A stretch of DNA of 64,000 nt from Candidatus Niyogibacteria bacterium CG10_big_fil_rev_8_21_14_0_10_46_36 (GTDB lineage Bacteria > Patescibacteriota > Minisyncoccia > 1-14-0-10-42-19), in contig PFCO01000008.1 of the NCBI GenBank assembly GCA_002772995.1, positions 23,150 through 87,149 of the forward strand. The letters are read 5' to 3'. Below the pieces are notes generated by a model. The model had not been told where the DNA came from and made no database searches. It saw only the letters and a list, made by a program, of their open reading frames with translations. Positions 25,254-35,366 of this stretch are shown here, in pieces. The number at the start of each line of letters is the position of its first letter. Position 1 is the first letter of the stretch. The position numbers were made by a program, and so were the translations under genes.

Positions 25254-26498
25254 ATGCAACTGAGCCAAACAATAAAAACAGCATTTGCAGCACTCCGCGC
25301 GCATCGTTCGCGCTCGTTTTTGACGATTCTCGGTATCGTTATCGGCATTACTGCGATTATTATGGTCATGTCTATCGGTGAAGCAGCCCAGGGAATCATT
25401 GTAGGAGAGCTCGGAGGATTGGGAGCCGAAACCGTTGTAGTGCGTCCCGGGAAAGAACCATCGGGTCCCACTGATATTGCGGAATCATTATTTTCCGACT
25501 CGCTCAAAGAGCGTGAACTGCAAGCGCTTCAGCGCAAACAAAATGTACCCAACGCGATTGATGTAGCGCCTGAAATTCTTGTGCCGGGGAGCGTATCGTT
25601 TGAAGGAGAAACATTTCGTCCCACTATTCTTGGTTTTTCTGCTGAATTCATGCGCGATGCTTTGGGGCTAAATATCACTGAGGGCGCGATTTTCGATGAC
25701 ATTGATATACGCAATAAAGCGCGGGTTGCGCTTATCGGAAACCGGGTAAAGAAGGAATTGTTCGGGGATGGTAATGCGCTCGGAGAAAATATCACTATCA
25801 AGGGGACAAAATTCCGTGTGGTCGGCGTATTTGAACAACGCGGCCAGGTTGTGTTTTTCAATGTTGATGAGCTTGTGCTCGTTCCATATACCGCAGCACA
25901 GACATTCTTAACGGGAAATAATTATTATAATCAGATAGTCATACGCGCGGATTCTCCTGAGTCGGTTGATAGGGTTGTATACGATATCAAGGCGACGCTA
26001 CGCGCGCTCCATAATATTGAAGACCCCACAAAAGATGATTTTTATGTTCAGACTCAGCAGGGGCTTGTGGAGCAAGTAAGTACTATCATTGGTATTTTCA
26101 CCATGTTTCTTACATTTGTGGTGGCAATCGCTTTGGTTGTGGGAGGGATCGGTGTTATGAATATTATGCTTGTATCGGTAACCGAGCGTACGCGTGAGAT
26201 AGGCCTTCGGAAGGCGGTTGGCGCCACTAATAACGATATCTTAAAGCAGTTTTTAATTGAAGCTATATTTTTAACAGGATTCGGAGGCATTATCGGCATT
26301 CTTTTGGGTACATCTCTTTCATTTGGTGTGGGGTTGCTCGTAACCCAATTTGCGGGACTTTCTTGGGAATTTGTTTTTCCGGTTACCGGCGCTATTCTTG
26401 GGTTGCTTGCCTCAAGCGGAGTGGGGGTAGTGTTCGGGTTATATCCCGCTAAAAAAGCGGCTGAGAAAAGCCCCATAGAGGCGCTTCGTTACGAGTAG
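25254..26498 (+). CDS. ABC transporter permease (FtsX/MacB-like)
   Basis: N-terminal TM helix, large periplasmic domain and three C-terminal TM helices, the typical FtsX-fold permease architecture. Confidence 0.85.
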   Translation: MQLSQTIKTAFAALRAHRSRSFLTILGIVIGITAIIMVMSIGEAAQGIIVGELGGLGAETVVVRPGKEPSGPTDIAESLFSDSLKERELQALQRKQNVPNAIDVAPEILVPGSVSFEGETFRPTILGFSAEFMRDALGLNITEGAIFDDIDIRNKARVALIGNRVKKELFGDGNALGENITIKGTKFRVVGVFEQRGQVVFFNVDELVLVPYTAAQTFLTGNNYYNQIVIRADSPESVDRVVYDIKATLRALHNIEDPTKDDFYVQTQQGLVEQVSTIIGIFTMFLTFVVAIALVVGGIGVMNIMLVSVTERTREIGLRKAVGATNNDILKQFLIEAIFLTGFGGIIGILLGTSLSFGVGLLVTQFAGLSWEFVFPVTGAILGLLASSGVGVVFGLYPAKKAAEKSPIEALRYE

Positions 26499-26562
26499 CA
26501 AAACATACCATTGTGCATAACTACACTCGCCGATTGGCGGATGCTGTTTTATAATAAAACAT

Positions 26563-27363
26563 ATGAAAACATATCGAATGCTCGCAATTTTTCTTGCGTT
26601 TATCGGGCTCGGTATTATGATTTACCTGTCTTATTTGCATTACGCCAACACGCAGTCGTTTTGTGATTTTTCTGAAGAGGTATCGTGCGATGTGGTAACT
26701 ACAAGTTTGTATTCCGAGGTATTTGGCGTTCCCATATCCCTTTTGGGGGCAGGATTTTTTGGCGTATTGTTGCTTTTGCTCTTTTTGAACAAGAAAGATG
26801 ATGTATTCCAGGCGGTATTTTTCCTAACGCTTTTAATGCTTGTTCCCTCTTTGTACTTTACACTTCTTGAAGCTACTGTGATTGGAGCATTTTGCGTGTT
26901 ATGCGAATCGTCAAAGGCGGTTATGGGTGCAATTCTTGTAGTTTCATTTTTGGCAGTACGAAAGGTTGCCCCCTTTCCATATAAGCAAATTATCCCAATT
27001 GTTATCGGCGGTCTTCTTGTTATTGGGGTCATATTTTTTGCGCAAGCAGGAGGCGGCACTAAGGAGGATTATTCCGAATTATTTTTATGTGCGAATGATA
27101 ATGGAATAACATACTATAAGTCAGTTAGGTGCAGTAGCTGCAGACAACAGGAAAAAGTATTTGGACCCGCATACACAACATTGCGTGCGATTGAGTGTCA
27201 TCCGGAAGGAGATAATCCGCAACCCGAGCTTTGTCTAGAGAAAGAAATATCAAAAACCCCGACATTTATTCTTGAGAGGGACGGGCAAGAAGTAAAACGA
27301 GTTATCGGCATCCAGCAAATTGATGCATTTGCCGAGTTCGCGGAGTGTTCTATTGATAAGTAA
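26563..27363 (+). CDS. Vitamin K epoxide reductase (VKOR) homologue fused to a C-terminal thioredoxin-like domain
   Basis: VKOR loop Cys pair SFCDFSEEVSCD and TM CxxC (FCVLCES). The C-terminal soluble domain carries CSSC in a thioredoxin-like context (YYKSVRCSSCRQQEKVFGPAY...TPTFILE). Confidence 0.8.
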   Translation: MKTYRMLAIFLAFIGLGIMIYLSYLHYANTQSFCDFSEEVSCDVVTTSLYSEVFGVPISLLGAGFFGVLLLLLFLNKKDDVFQAVFFLTLLMLVPSLYFTLLEATVIGAFCVLCESSKAVMGAILVVSFLAVRKVAPFPYKQIIPIVIGGLLVIGVIFFAQAGGGTKEDYSELFLCANDNGITYYKSVRCSSCRQQEKVFGPAYTTLRAIECHPEGDNPQPELCLEKEISKTPTFILERDGQEVKRVIGIQQIDAFAEFAECSIDK

Positions 27364-27380
27364 TTTATATTTTTAATTTT

Positions 27381-28103
27381 ATGTTAGAAGGAAATCTCAC
27401 ACTAGGTATTATTATTGGAGCAGCGCTTCTGGATAGCATCAATCCTTGTGTCATTGGTGTTTTGGTATTTTTGATAGCGTTTATGACACGGGTGTTTAAG
27501 AGCAGGAATCGTATGCTTGTAGGGGGTCTTGTGTATACGCTTGTTGTGTACCTTACCTATTTGCTCTTAGGATTTGGTATTCTCCGGCTTACATTTTTGA
27601 GCCCTGATGTCGCAACTACATTTTATTGGATTGTAGCAATCATCGCCATTTTTGCAGGTTTTTTGGAGATAAAGGATTACTTTTGGTACGGGAAAGGATT
27701 TTCGTTGCAGATGATACCCGGCGCATCAGCCCGCATTAAGGCATACACGGATTGGATTGAGCGCATACAATCTCGTCACTTCAGCTTACTCCTACTAACT
27801 ATGGTAGTGTTGGGTGTTTTTGTCGTTCTTGTTGAGCTCCCGTGCACAGGTGCTCCGTATTTGGCAGTGCTCGGCCTTTTGTCTCAGGGGCATTATGCAT
27901 CTGCGGTGCCGTTATTGCTACTGTATAACTTCATATTTGTTCTTCCGCTTCTCTTTATCATTGGGTTTGCGTATTTCGGGACCTCCTCAGAACGATTAGA
28001 GGCATGGCGGCGTCAGCATCGCGGACTTATGCGTCTTTTGGTGGGCATCTTCCTTATCGTGCTTGGATTCTACATGATCTATTCGTTGAATCCGGTGTTT
28101 TAA
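27381..28103 (+). CDS. DsbD/CcdA-like transmembrane thiol-reductant transporter (DsbD_2-like)
   Basis: Two conserved TM cysteines (DSINPCVIGVLVF and VELPCTGAPYLAV); 6 TM helices. Confidence 0.7.
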   Translation: MLEGNLTLGIIIGAALLDSINPCVIGVLVFLIAFMTRVFKSRNRMLVGGLVYTLVVYLTYLLLGFGILRLTFLSPDVATTFYWIVAIIAIFAGFLEIKDYFWYGKGFSLQMIPGASARIKAYTDWIERIQSRHFSLLLLTMVVLGVFVVLVELPCTGAPYLAVLGLLSQGHYASAVPLLLLYNFIFVLPLLFIIGFAYFGTSSERLEAWRRQHRGLMRLLVGIFLIVLGFYMIYSLNPVF

Positions 28104-28119
28104 ATTTCCATTGCGCCAC

Positions 28120-28154
28120 AAAAGAGAAACCCCTGAATTATTCAGGGGTTTTTT
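28120..28154. terminator. Bidirectional terminator (CCCCTGAA-tta-TTCAGGGG, flanked by A-run and T-run)
   Basis: Seen in sequence between convergent genes. Confidence 0.85.
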
Positions 28155-28155
28155 G

Positions 28156-28968
28156 TTACCTTCGTGAGGGTGTGTATGGAAAAAGGGGCGTATGTTCCGG
28201 AGCTCTTGGCGCTTTTTCAGGAATGGTTTGGGCACACGCGTTAAATCCGTTTTCTTTATCTGTATCGCAGAAGCGCTTTATGGGAATGGCAAAGCTAATG
28301 CCGGAACCCGGCCAAAGAGCGGTAGGCACGCCTATAAGATCGCCTTGGCTATCAAATAAGCCGCCACCGCTGTTCCCCGGATTGACATGCAGGTAGAGCT
28401 CCATAAATGGATACAGAGTGCCAGGCATCTTTCGTGCGGGGTGTGTGATGTAGCCCCATGAGACATCCCACTGGAGAATTCCAAACGGATGGCCAATCGT
28501 GATAACCTCTTCCCCGATAGCATCATCGCGGTTCATGTTATCAAAATCTCGAGCGTCAATCTTTGCATATGACCCGAAGGTCGTATCTATTTTCAGCCGA
28601 GCCATGTCTTTTTCGTTGTCTACCCATTCTATCTTTTTTAGGGGAAAACGCTCTCCGTTCCAGAGCTCGATAGTGATCTCTTTTATTTCGAACGAAGGCG
28701 GCGCAGTAACTACATGCGCGTTCGTAAAAATTATCCCGTCAGGGTGTACGATAACTCCCGAGCCTATGCCACGGAAGGTGGCGCCTGCAGGATTTTGCGT
28801 TGAGATGAAATCCACGGTAATCGCAACAACGACTCGTTTCGTTATTCGGAAATTTTGCCGTATGATGGGCGCATACGAGCTAAGCTCTTGCCGTGGGGGC
28901 GCAGATGATGCCGCTGTTACAAACGGAAGCATGCAGCATAACAGAAATACGGTTACTACTTTGGGCAT
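28156..28968 (-). CDS. Secreted trypsin-like serine protease (S1 family, no PDZ domain)
   Basis: Signal peptide, then His motif TNAHVV and Ser motif GNSGGGLFD. Confidence 0.8.
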   Translation of the reverse strand: MPKVVTVFLLCCMLPFVTAASSAPPRQELSSYAPIIRQNFRITKRVVVAITVDFISTQNPAGATFRGIGSGVIVHPDGIIFTNAHVVTAPPSFEIKEITIELWNGERFPLKKIEWVDNEKDMARLKIDTTFGSYAKIDARDFDNMNRDDAIGEEVITIGHPFGILQWDVSWGYITHPARKMPGTLYPFMELYLHVNPGNSGGGLFDSQGDLIGVPTALWPGSGISFAIPIKRFCDTDKENGFNACAQTIPEKAPRAPEHTPLFPYTPSRR

Positions 28969-29071
28969 ATAATAACCCTCCCTTGTTAAAGAATACTCTT
29001 TTAGTATAGCATTTATTGTTTTGCCCCCGAAAAAGCGCTATAATAAAGGCATATCATTAATGTTTTTATAT

Positions 29072-29878
29072 ATGGAAACACCTATGGGAAAAAAATATCT
29101 ATATATTGTGATTATCGTAGCCCTGCTTGCATTTTCTTATGCTGCAGTCGGACTTATTGGCGTATTAAAAAATTCTGTTGATCCGTCCTTTGCGCGGAGC
29201 TTTTCCGTATCGGGGGAGGGCAAGATTGTTGCCGTTCCTGATATCGCGCAATTTTCTTTTACCGTCATATCTGAAGGAGGAACTGACATCGCTACATTGC
29301 AGAAAAAAAATACAGAGAACGTAAATGCAATCATTGATTTTATGAAGTCAGAGGGCGTTGACGAAAAGGACATCAAGACCGAAAGCTATAATCTTTCTCC
29401 CCGGTACCAATACTATAATTGTTCGCGGCCAATTCCGCTTGATGGCGGTGCTGCAATAGAGCCGTGTCCTCCGCCGGAAATAGTCGGATATTCCGTTACG
29501 CAAATAGTTTTGGTGAAAGCTCGCGAAGGCAACTTCGAAAATATCGGCACACTTCTTTCCGGGGCAGTAGAGCATGGTGCAAATTCAGTGTCACAGTTAT
29601 GGTTTACCATTGATGACCCTGCGTTTCTGGAACAGCAGGCACGGGAGGAGGCAATCACTAAAGCAAAGGAAAAAGCAAAAGCAGTTGCGCGTGCGGGAGG
29701 ATTTCGTTTGGGGAGGCTTCTTTCACTGAACGAAGGAGGATACAGTCCGATATATAAGATTGAGACTGCGCGTGACAGTGCACTTGGCATAGGAGGAGCT
29801 TCGGTCCCCACGCCTGCTATTGAGCCGGGGTCTCAAGAAGTCATGATAACTGTAAATCTTACCTACGAAATACGATAA
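29072..29878 (+). CDS. SIMPL-domain (DUF541) periplasmic protein
   Basis: FSVSGEGKIVAVPDIAQFSFTVISEG... is typical of SIMPL/26-kDa periplasmic immunogenic protein family members. Start is ambiguous (29060, 29072 or 29084). Confidence 0.75.
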   Translation: METPMGKKYLYIVIIVALLAFSYAAVGLIGVLKNSVDPSFARSFSVSGEGKIVAVPDIAQFSFTVISEGGTDIATLQKKNTENVNAIIDFMKSEGVDEKDIKTESYNLSPRYQYYNCSRPIPLDGGAAIEPCPPPEIVGYSVTQIVLVKAREGNFENIGTLLSGAVEHGANSVSQLWFTIDDPAFLEQQAREEAITKAKEKAKAVARAGGFRLGRLLSLNEGGYSPIYKIETARDSALGIGGASVPTPAIEPGSQEVMITVNLTYEIR

Positions 29879-30058
29879 GCGGTATGCTTGCGATTATTTC
29901 GTTCCTGATTCTTGCGATATTGCTCGGCATTCTCTATTTTGCGGGGGTGCATTGGTTCTAAAATATTTTTTACAAAACACCTCTTTTAAAAAGGGGTGTT
30001 TTGTGGTATACTGTTCTGGCTGTTGGTTCTTTATAAATATACAAGGAGGATGTACTGT

Positions 30059-31315
30059 ATGCATGAAACCTACATCATTGATGCAGGGCGGACTTGGACT
30101 GGTAAATATCTTGGTGCATATAAAGATATTCCGATATCTGATCTTGCCGGGTCGTTCTTGCAGCAATTTCTTAACAAGGCAGGGCTCGATGTTTTCCGCA
30201 TAGATGGATGCTATATGGGCATTGTCTATAGTGCGGGCGCAGAACAGCATCCGGCACGGCAAGCCGCCATAAAAGCAGGACTAGGGTATGCCGTAGATGC
30301 AGTAAGTTTGTGTAAGGTATGCGCATCAGGTCTTGCTGCGGTAGAGTATGGCGAATTCAAAATATTACGCGGGAAGGATTTGGTCATTGCGGGCGGCATG
30401 GAATCCATGTCGAGAACCCCGTATCTTCTTTCACGAGAGAGACATATCGGCATAGATATTCTTAGCAAGGAAAAATCTAACTTCGCAGTTACCCTAAAAG
30501 ATTATTTTGAGCTGCATGAGGATATGGATGCCGAGGCATTTCTATCCAAAACAAAGATATATGACAGCATGAATCTTGATGGTTTGTGCGATGCGTATGC
30601 TGAAGATAATGCTTTGATGGGGCACATAGCGGAGGAATATGTAAAACGCGAAGATATATCGCGCGAAGATATGGATGAGTATGCATACGAAAGTTTTGTC
30701 CGCGCAAAAGAGTATCAGAAAAAGATTGAGCGGCAAATCGTTTCCATCGATGGCATAGACATTGATTTTGACCAAGGATGGAGAACGCCTGACCGGGGAA
30801 AGATGAGGTCGTTACGGCCTGCCTTTGCTCCGGATGGAAAAATAACATCAGCGAACGCTTCGCAGGTTTCTGACGGAGTCAGCGCTGTGCTACTTGGGTC
30901 TAAGAAAGCGCATGCCTATTTTAAGAACAGAGGAAAAGAGGCTCTCGGACGGATACGCGCGTGCGCCACATTTTCCGGACATCCGAATGAGTATCTCTCC
31001 GCTCCTATATATGCAATAGCTGAAGCATGCAGACAGGCGGGCGTACTCGTTTCTGATATTGACCTCTTTGAAGTGAATGAGGCATTCGCGATAGTTCCCA
31101 TGGAAGTCATGAAGGCATTTTGTGTGTCGCGTGACAGGATGAATATCTGGGGCGGGGCAATTGCCAACGGGCATCCGCTTGGCGCTTCGGGAACAAAAAT
31201 ACTTTCGAATCTTGCATATCAGTTGCAAGATACCGGCGCGCGGTATGGTATCGCGGCTGCATGCAACGGCGGCGGCGAAGCAATGGCCATAGTAGTAGAG
31301 AATCCTCCGAAGTAA
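30059..31315 (+). CDS. Acetyl-CoA C-acetyltransferase (thiolase)
   Basis: Ribosome-binding site AAGGAGG 9 nt upstream of ATG 30059. Active-site Cys context CKVCASGLAAV; C-terminal NEAFA...GHPLGASG and CNGGGEA thiolase signatures. Confidence 0.85.
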   Translation: MHETYIIDAGRTWTGKYLGAYKDIPISDLAGSFLQQFLNKAGLDVFRIDGCYMGIVYSAGAEQHPARQAAIKAGLGYAVDAVSLCKVCASGLAAVEYGEFKILRGKDLVIAGGMESMSRTPYLLSRERHIGIDILSKEKSNFAVTLKDYFELHEDMDAEAFLSKTKIYDSMNLDGLCDAYAEDNALMGHIAEEYVKREDISREDMDEYAYESFVRAKEYQKKIERQIVSIDGIDIDFDQGWRTPDRGKMRSLRPAFAPDGKITSANASQVSDGVSAVLLGSKKAHAYFKNRGKEALGRIRACATFSGHPNEYLSAPIYAIAEACRQAGVLVSDIDLFEVNEAFAIVPMEVMKAFCVSRDRMNIWGGAIANGHPLGASGTKILSNLAYQLQDTGARYGIAAACNGGGEAMAIVVENPPK

Positions 31316-31469
31316 CAAACGCATATCCCGTTATCATGTTTTGGTACCGGGATTTTTTATTTACAGGAAATGCCATATACTGGATGATATATCGTTTACG
31401 CAATGGGTGTTTTGTGATATTGTTCTGCAGAAATATGATATTTACAAAATAATATATAGAGGAGGCAAC

Positions 31470-33287
31470 ATGACCCCAAAAAAAGAAAATAATCAGCAGA
31501 TTCCCGCATGGGACCTTTCGGACCTATATACGGGACTTGATGACCCGCACATAGAAGCGGATATCAACAATACATATGAACGGGCAAAGGCATTCGAAAA
31601 GGCATACCGCAATAAGATTAACACTGACTCGCTTACATCGCCCTTTTTGCAAAAGGTGATGAAGGAGCTCGAAATCATATCCGAGCAATCGGCAAAATTA
31701 TCTACATACGCGTATCTATTGTATGCGAGCGACACAAGCAACCCTGCATACGGCGCGTTCCACGAAAAGATCAAAGAAAAGAATACGGATATCCGAAAAC
31801 ATATCTTATTTTTTGAACTGGAGTGGGTGCAGGTTTCCGATGCGGATGCCGAAGCGCTTCTTCAGGAAGAAGCATTGTCGCGCTACAAGCACTCGCTTGA
31901 GAATGAACGAATATTCAAGCCGCACAAATTGAGCGAGCCCGAAGAGAAGATCATGGATGAAAAAAATAATGTCGGACCCTTAGCATTCCAGCGTCTTTTC
32001 GATGAGATTATAAACAACATCGTTTTCCGTATGGAAGTCGACGGAGAGAAGAAAGAACTTAGTGAGTCCGAGCTTCTTAAGTTTTTATACGATGAAAGCA
32101 GAGACATCCGGAAAGCGGCGGCGCGGTCGCTCACAGAGGGACTTGTTGCGAACGGGAAGACCATTACATTTATATTCAATACGCTTCTTAAGAACAGCGC
32201 TGTTGAAGACAGCATTCGTTCGTATCCGAGCGTCATGGCTGCGCAGAATCTCTCAAACGAGATAGATCAGAGCACGGTAGACGCATTTTTGAATGCGGTA
32301 GAGGCAGGGTATGACATTTCGCATGATTATTACCGTCTCAAAAAGAAGGTGCTCAAAGTAAAGGAGCTCTACGACTACGACCGCTACGCTCCGATTGTGT
32401 TAGAGGAAGAGGTTTCTTTCCCGGAGGCGCAGGATATGGCGCTTCAGGCGTACGGCGCATTTTCTCCGCGCGTGTCTTCTATCGTAGAAAAATTTTTTGC
32501 TCATAAATGGATTGATGCAAAGATGCAGCCGGGCAAGCGGGGGGGCGCATTTAGCCATGGGGCAGTGCCGAGTGTGCATCCGTATATTCTTATGAACTAT
32601 GCGGGGACGCTTCGGGATGTTTCTACGCTTGTGCACGAGCTTGGACATGGCGTGCATCAATACCTTTCGCGCAAGCAGGGGATGTTCCATTCAAATACTC
32701 CGCTTACCACCGCAGAAACCGCAAGCGTATTCGGAGAGATACTCCTGTTTGATTATTTGAAGAAGCGAGAGTCAGACCCAAGGAAACGGCTTGCACTCAT
32801 TATGGGAAAATGCGAAGAAATGTACGCAACGGTATTCCGCCAGGTCATTTTCACCCGGTTTGAGGAAGCGATACACACTGAACGGAGAGAAAAAGGCGAA
32901 CTGGAACAGAAACGGTATGACGAGATATGGATGGAGCAGAACAAGAAAATGTTTGGCGATACGTTAACCCTTACTGATGATTATGCGCATTGGTGGCTCT
33001 ATATCCCGCATTTTGTTCATGTTCCGTTTTACTGCTACGCATACGCGTTCGGACAGCTTCTTGTGCTTGCGCTCTACCAAAAGTATCTGGAAGACGGAAA
33101 ATCATTCGTCCCGGGGTATATCGACCTACTTTCAGCCGGTGGGAGTGATGCACCGCATGTGCTTCTGCATAAGCATGTTGGAGTGGATATTACAGACCCT
33201 GCGTTTTGGCAGAAGGGTATGAATATCCTTCGGGATATGCTTGCCGAAGCGGTAGACATAGAAGCTTCCTTAGATAAAAATAAATAA
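31470..33287 (+). CDS. pepF: Oligoendopeptidase F (M3B peptidase)
   Basis: Ribosome-binding site GAGGAGG 7 nt before ATG 31470. Zinc motif HELGHGVH; overall M3 architecture. Confidence 0.9.
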   Translation: MTPKKENNQQIPAWDLSDLYTGLDDPHIEADINNTYERAKAFEKAYRNKINTDSLTSPFLQKVMKELEIISEQSAKLSTYAYLLYASDTSNPAYGAFHEKIKEKNTDIRKHILFFELEWVQVSDADAEALLQEEALSRYKHSLENERIFKPHKLSEPEEKIMDEKNNVGPLAFQRLFDEIINNIVFRMEVDGEKKELSESELLKFLYDESRDIRKAAARSLTEGLVANGKTITFIFNTLLKNSAVEDSIRSYPSVMAAQNLSNEIDQSTVDAFLNAVEAGYDISHDYYRLKKKVLKVKELYDYDRYAPIVLEEEVSFPEAQDMALQAYGAFSPRVSSIVEKFFAHKWIDAKMQPGKRGGAFSHGAVPSVHPYILMNYAGTLRDVSTLVHELGHGVHQYLSRKQGMFHSNTPLTTAETASVFGEILLFDYLKKRESDPRKRLALIMGKCEEMYATVFRQVIFTRFEEAIHTERREKGELEQKRYDEIWMEQNKKMFGDTLTLTDDYAHWWLYIPHFVHVPFYCYAYAFGQLLVLALYQKYLEDGKSFVPGYIDLLSAGGSDAPHVLLHKHVGVDITDPAFWQKGMNILRDMLAEAVDIEASLDKNK

Positions 33288-33294
33288 CGCACAC

Positions 33295-33327
33295 GGCGCC
33301 TTGTCAAGAAACAAGGCGCCTTTTTTT
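33295..33327 (+). terminator. Rho-independent terminator (GGCGCCTTGT-caagaa-ACAAGGCGCC, then TTTTTTT)
   Basis: Seen in sequence. Confidence 0.9.
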
Positions 33328-33363
33328 GTCTCCAGGAATGATTTATAATTGTAGGGATTACAT

Positions 33364-33885
33364 ATGGAAACGGACATCAAAAAACGACCATTGCTTATAC
33401 CTGTTATTCTTCCGCTGCTCACCTTTGTGCTGGGATTTGGATTCGCGTGGCTTGTATTTTCTGGGGGTGGTGCTGACGATACAACCAATAACGAATCCAA
33501 TACTGCGTCGGATGCGTTTTCCATTCCATTGGGGCATAGCTCTGTTTCTGTTGATGACCAGCGTGCGGGTGAGAGCGTATTTATAGCACTTGCGACACTT
33601 TCCCGAGGCGCGTGGGTTGCCATACACGAAGACCAGGATGGCATGCCAGCGAATATATTAGGAGCACGGTATTTCCCCGGAGGAAAAACCGCAGGGACCG
33701 TAGAATTGCTTCGCGGCACTGTTCCCGAGCGTGCGTATTACGCAGTTATTCACGCGGATGACGGAGATAGGGAATTCGATTTCCGGAGAGACGAAGCGCT
33801 GCAAGATCCGTTTGGTAATCTTATCATGAGTGCTTTCCGGACATTTTCTGAGGAGGCGCCTAATGGGAGCGGCACCGGACAATAG
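33364..33885 (+). CDS. Hypothetical secreted or anchored protein (173 aa)
   Basis: N-terminal TM or signal sequence LLIPVILPLLTFVLGFGFAWLVF. Confidence 0.55.
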   Translation: METDIKKRPLLIPVILPLLTFVLGFGFAWLVFSGGGADDTTNNESNTASDAFSIPLGHSSVSVDDQRAGESVFIALATLSRGAWVAIHEDQDGMPANILGARYFPGGKTAGTVELLRGTVPERAYYAVIHADDGDREFDFRRDEALQDPFGNLIMSAFRTFSEEAPNGSGTGQ

Positions 33886-33898
33886 TGTGTTATAATAA

Positions 33899-34144
33899 TT
33901 GTGTACGATGATAGGCGGAATATCACAACCTCTTTTTATCTTCACCATTCTTCTTGCGCTCTGGACATTGCCATGGAAAGGGTTTGCGTTGTGGCGTGCG
34001 GCGCACCGGAACGACAAGTGGTGGTTTGTCGTATTTTTGATAGTAAATACGGCAGGCATTCTTGAGATTGTCTATCTTATTGTGACGCGCAAAAAAAATG
34101 ACGTGCATGCAGATGCATCCTCCATGCCGTCTTCTCGTATATGA
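33899..34144 (+). CDS. Small 2-TM membrane protein (81 aa)
   Basis: Hydrophobic; the stop overlaps the next ATG. Confidence 0.45.
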   Translation: MCTMIGGISQPLFIFTILLALWTLPWKGFALWRAAHRNDKWWFVVFLIVNTAGILEIVYLIVTRKKNDVHADASSMPSSRI

Positions 34145-35331
34145 AAAAAGGGATTTTTATAGGAATTGGTATCGGTATTATTGTGTGCGGCAGCGTATGG
34201 GCCGCATTTTTTTATTGGAATAATTTGCGTGGGGCGGGCCCTGCAATAAAGCCGCCAGTAGATGATGTCGCGGAAGTTCTTGAGCGTGGCGGTATGCCGT
34301 TTATGGTGCCGGATGGCTTTTCACTTTCTTTGTTTGCGGATAATATGTCCGGCGCGCGCGTTATTGCGTTTGATGCCCTCGGTAACATGTGGGTATCCCG
34401 CACCTCGGAAGGAGTAATATCACTCATTGAGCTTGATGAATCGGGGGATGTTTTGCATATAAGTAATATTTTCAGAAATCTGAACCATCCTCACGGGATT
34501 GCGTTTGACCCGGATGACCCGCAGGTGCTTTATTTTGCGGAAGAAAACAGTATATCGCGGGTCCGCGTATATTCTGACGGGCAGCCGGAGAAAATAGCAG
34601 ATCTCCCATCCGGGGGCGGGCATAGCACGCGGACAATAGCATTCGGTCCCGATGGGCGGCTGTATGTGTCTATCGGGTCATCGTGTAATGTGTGCAGGGA
34701 AGAAGACCCGATGCGCGCAAAAATATTTTCATTGCATAAAGACGGAAGCGATATGAGAGAATACGCCTCCGGATTACGAAATGCCGTATTTTTTGGCTGG
34801 AGTCCGTTTGATGGACGGATGTGGGCGACGGAAATGGGACGAGATGAATTAGGGGATAACACGCCACCAGACGAAATTAATATCATTGTTGAGGGGGGAA
34901 ACTATGGCTGGCCCGTCTGTTACGGGGGAAACACTCATGATACGGAATTTGATAAAAATACATATGTGCGAAATCCGTGCATGGAGCCGTTTGAGCTCCC
35001 GTCATATATTGATCTGCAGGCGCATTCAGCGCCTTTGGGATTTGCATTCATACCCCAGAACTCTTCATGGCCAGAAGAGTATTGGCATGATTTGATAGTT
35101 GCGTATCATGGATCCTGGAACCGGAGCGTACCGACCGGGTACAAGCTTGTTCGTCTAGAACTTGATACATTTGGAAATGTATTAGGTATGGGTGATTTTG
35201 CTACCGGATGGCTTCAAGACAACGGAGCGCTCGGCAGGCCGGTTGATGTTGTGTTTGGTCCTGACAGCTCCTTGTATGTATCAGATGATAAGGCGGGGGT
35301 GGTGTATAGAATTACATACAAAGATATATAA
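34141..35331 (+). CDS. PQQ-dependent sugar (glucose/sorbosone) dehydrogenase-like beta-propeller protein
   Basis: N-terminal TM helix. Motifs NHPHGIAFDPDD, GDNTPPDEINIIVEGGNYGWP and GRPVDVVFGPDSSLYVSDD are typical of YliI/SGDH family propellers. Confidence 0.75.
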   Translation: MKKGIFIGIGIGIIVCGSVWAAFFYWNNLRGAGPAIKPPVDDVAEVLERGGMPFMVPDGFSLSLFADNMSGARVIAFDALGNMWVSRTSEGVISLIELDESGDVLHISNIFRNLNHPHGIAFDPDDPQVLYFAEENSISRVRVYSDGQPEKIADLPSGGGHSTRTIAFGPDGRLYVSIGSSCNVCREEDPMRAKIFSLHKDGSDMREYASGLRNAVFFGWSPFDGRMWATEMGRDELGDNTPPDEINIIVEGGNYGWPVCYGGNTHDTEFDKNTYVRNPCMEPFELPSYIDLQAHSAPLGFAFIPQNSSWPEEYWHDLIVAYHGSWNRSVPTGYKLVRLELDTFGNVLGMGDFATGWLQDNGALGRPVDVVFGPDSSLYVSDDKAGVVYRITYKDI

Positions 35332-35366
35332 AAAAGAAGGCAGACGGTAAACCGTCTGCCTTTTTA
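35331..35366. terminator. Bidirectional terminator (AAGGCAGACGG-taaa-CCGTCTGCCTT, then TTT)
   Basis: Seen in sequence. Confidence 0.9.

Noticed and set aside
29884-29961. 25-codon hydrophobic mini-ORF (MLAIISFLILAILLGILYFAGVHWF) directly after the SIMPL gene
   Set aside because: Too short to support without conservation or ribosome-profiling evidence. Hydrophobic mini-ORFs arise frequently by chance in AT-rich spacers. Worth a look only if it is conserved in relatives.
30059-31315. Considered flagging the thiolase as unusual because of the 60-nt in-frame upstream extension in the track ORF (starting at 29996)
   Set aside because: The extension (MFCGILFWLLVLYKYTRRMYC) precedes a good AAGGAGG ribosome-binding site positioned for ATG 30059, so it is almost certainly non-coding. 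The thiolase itself looks ordinary.
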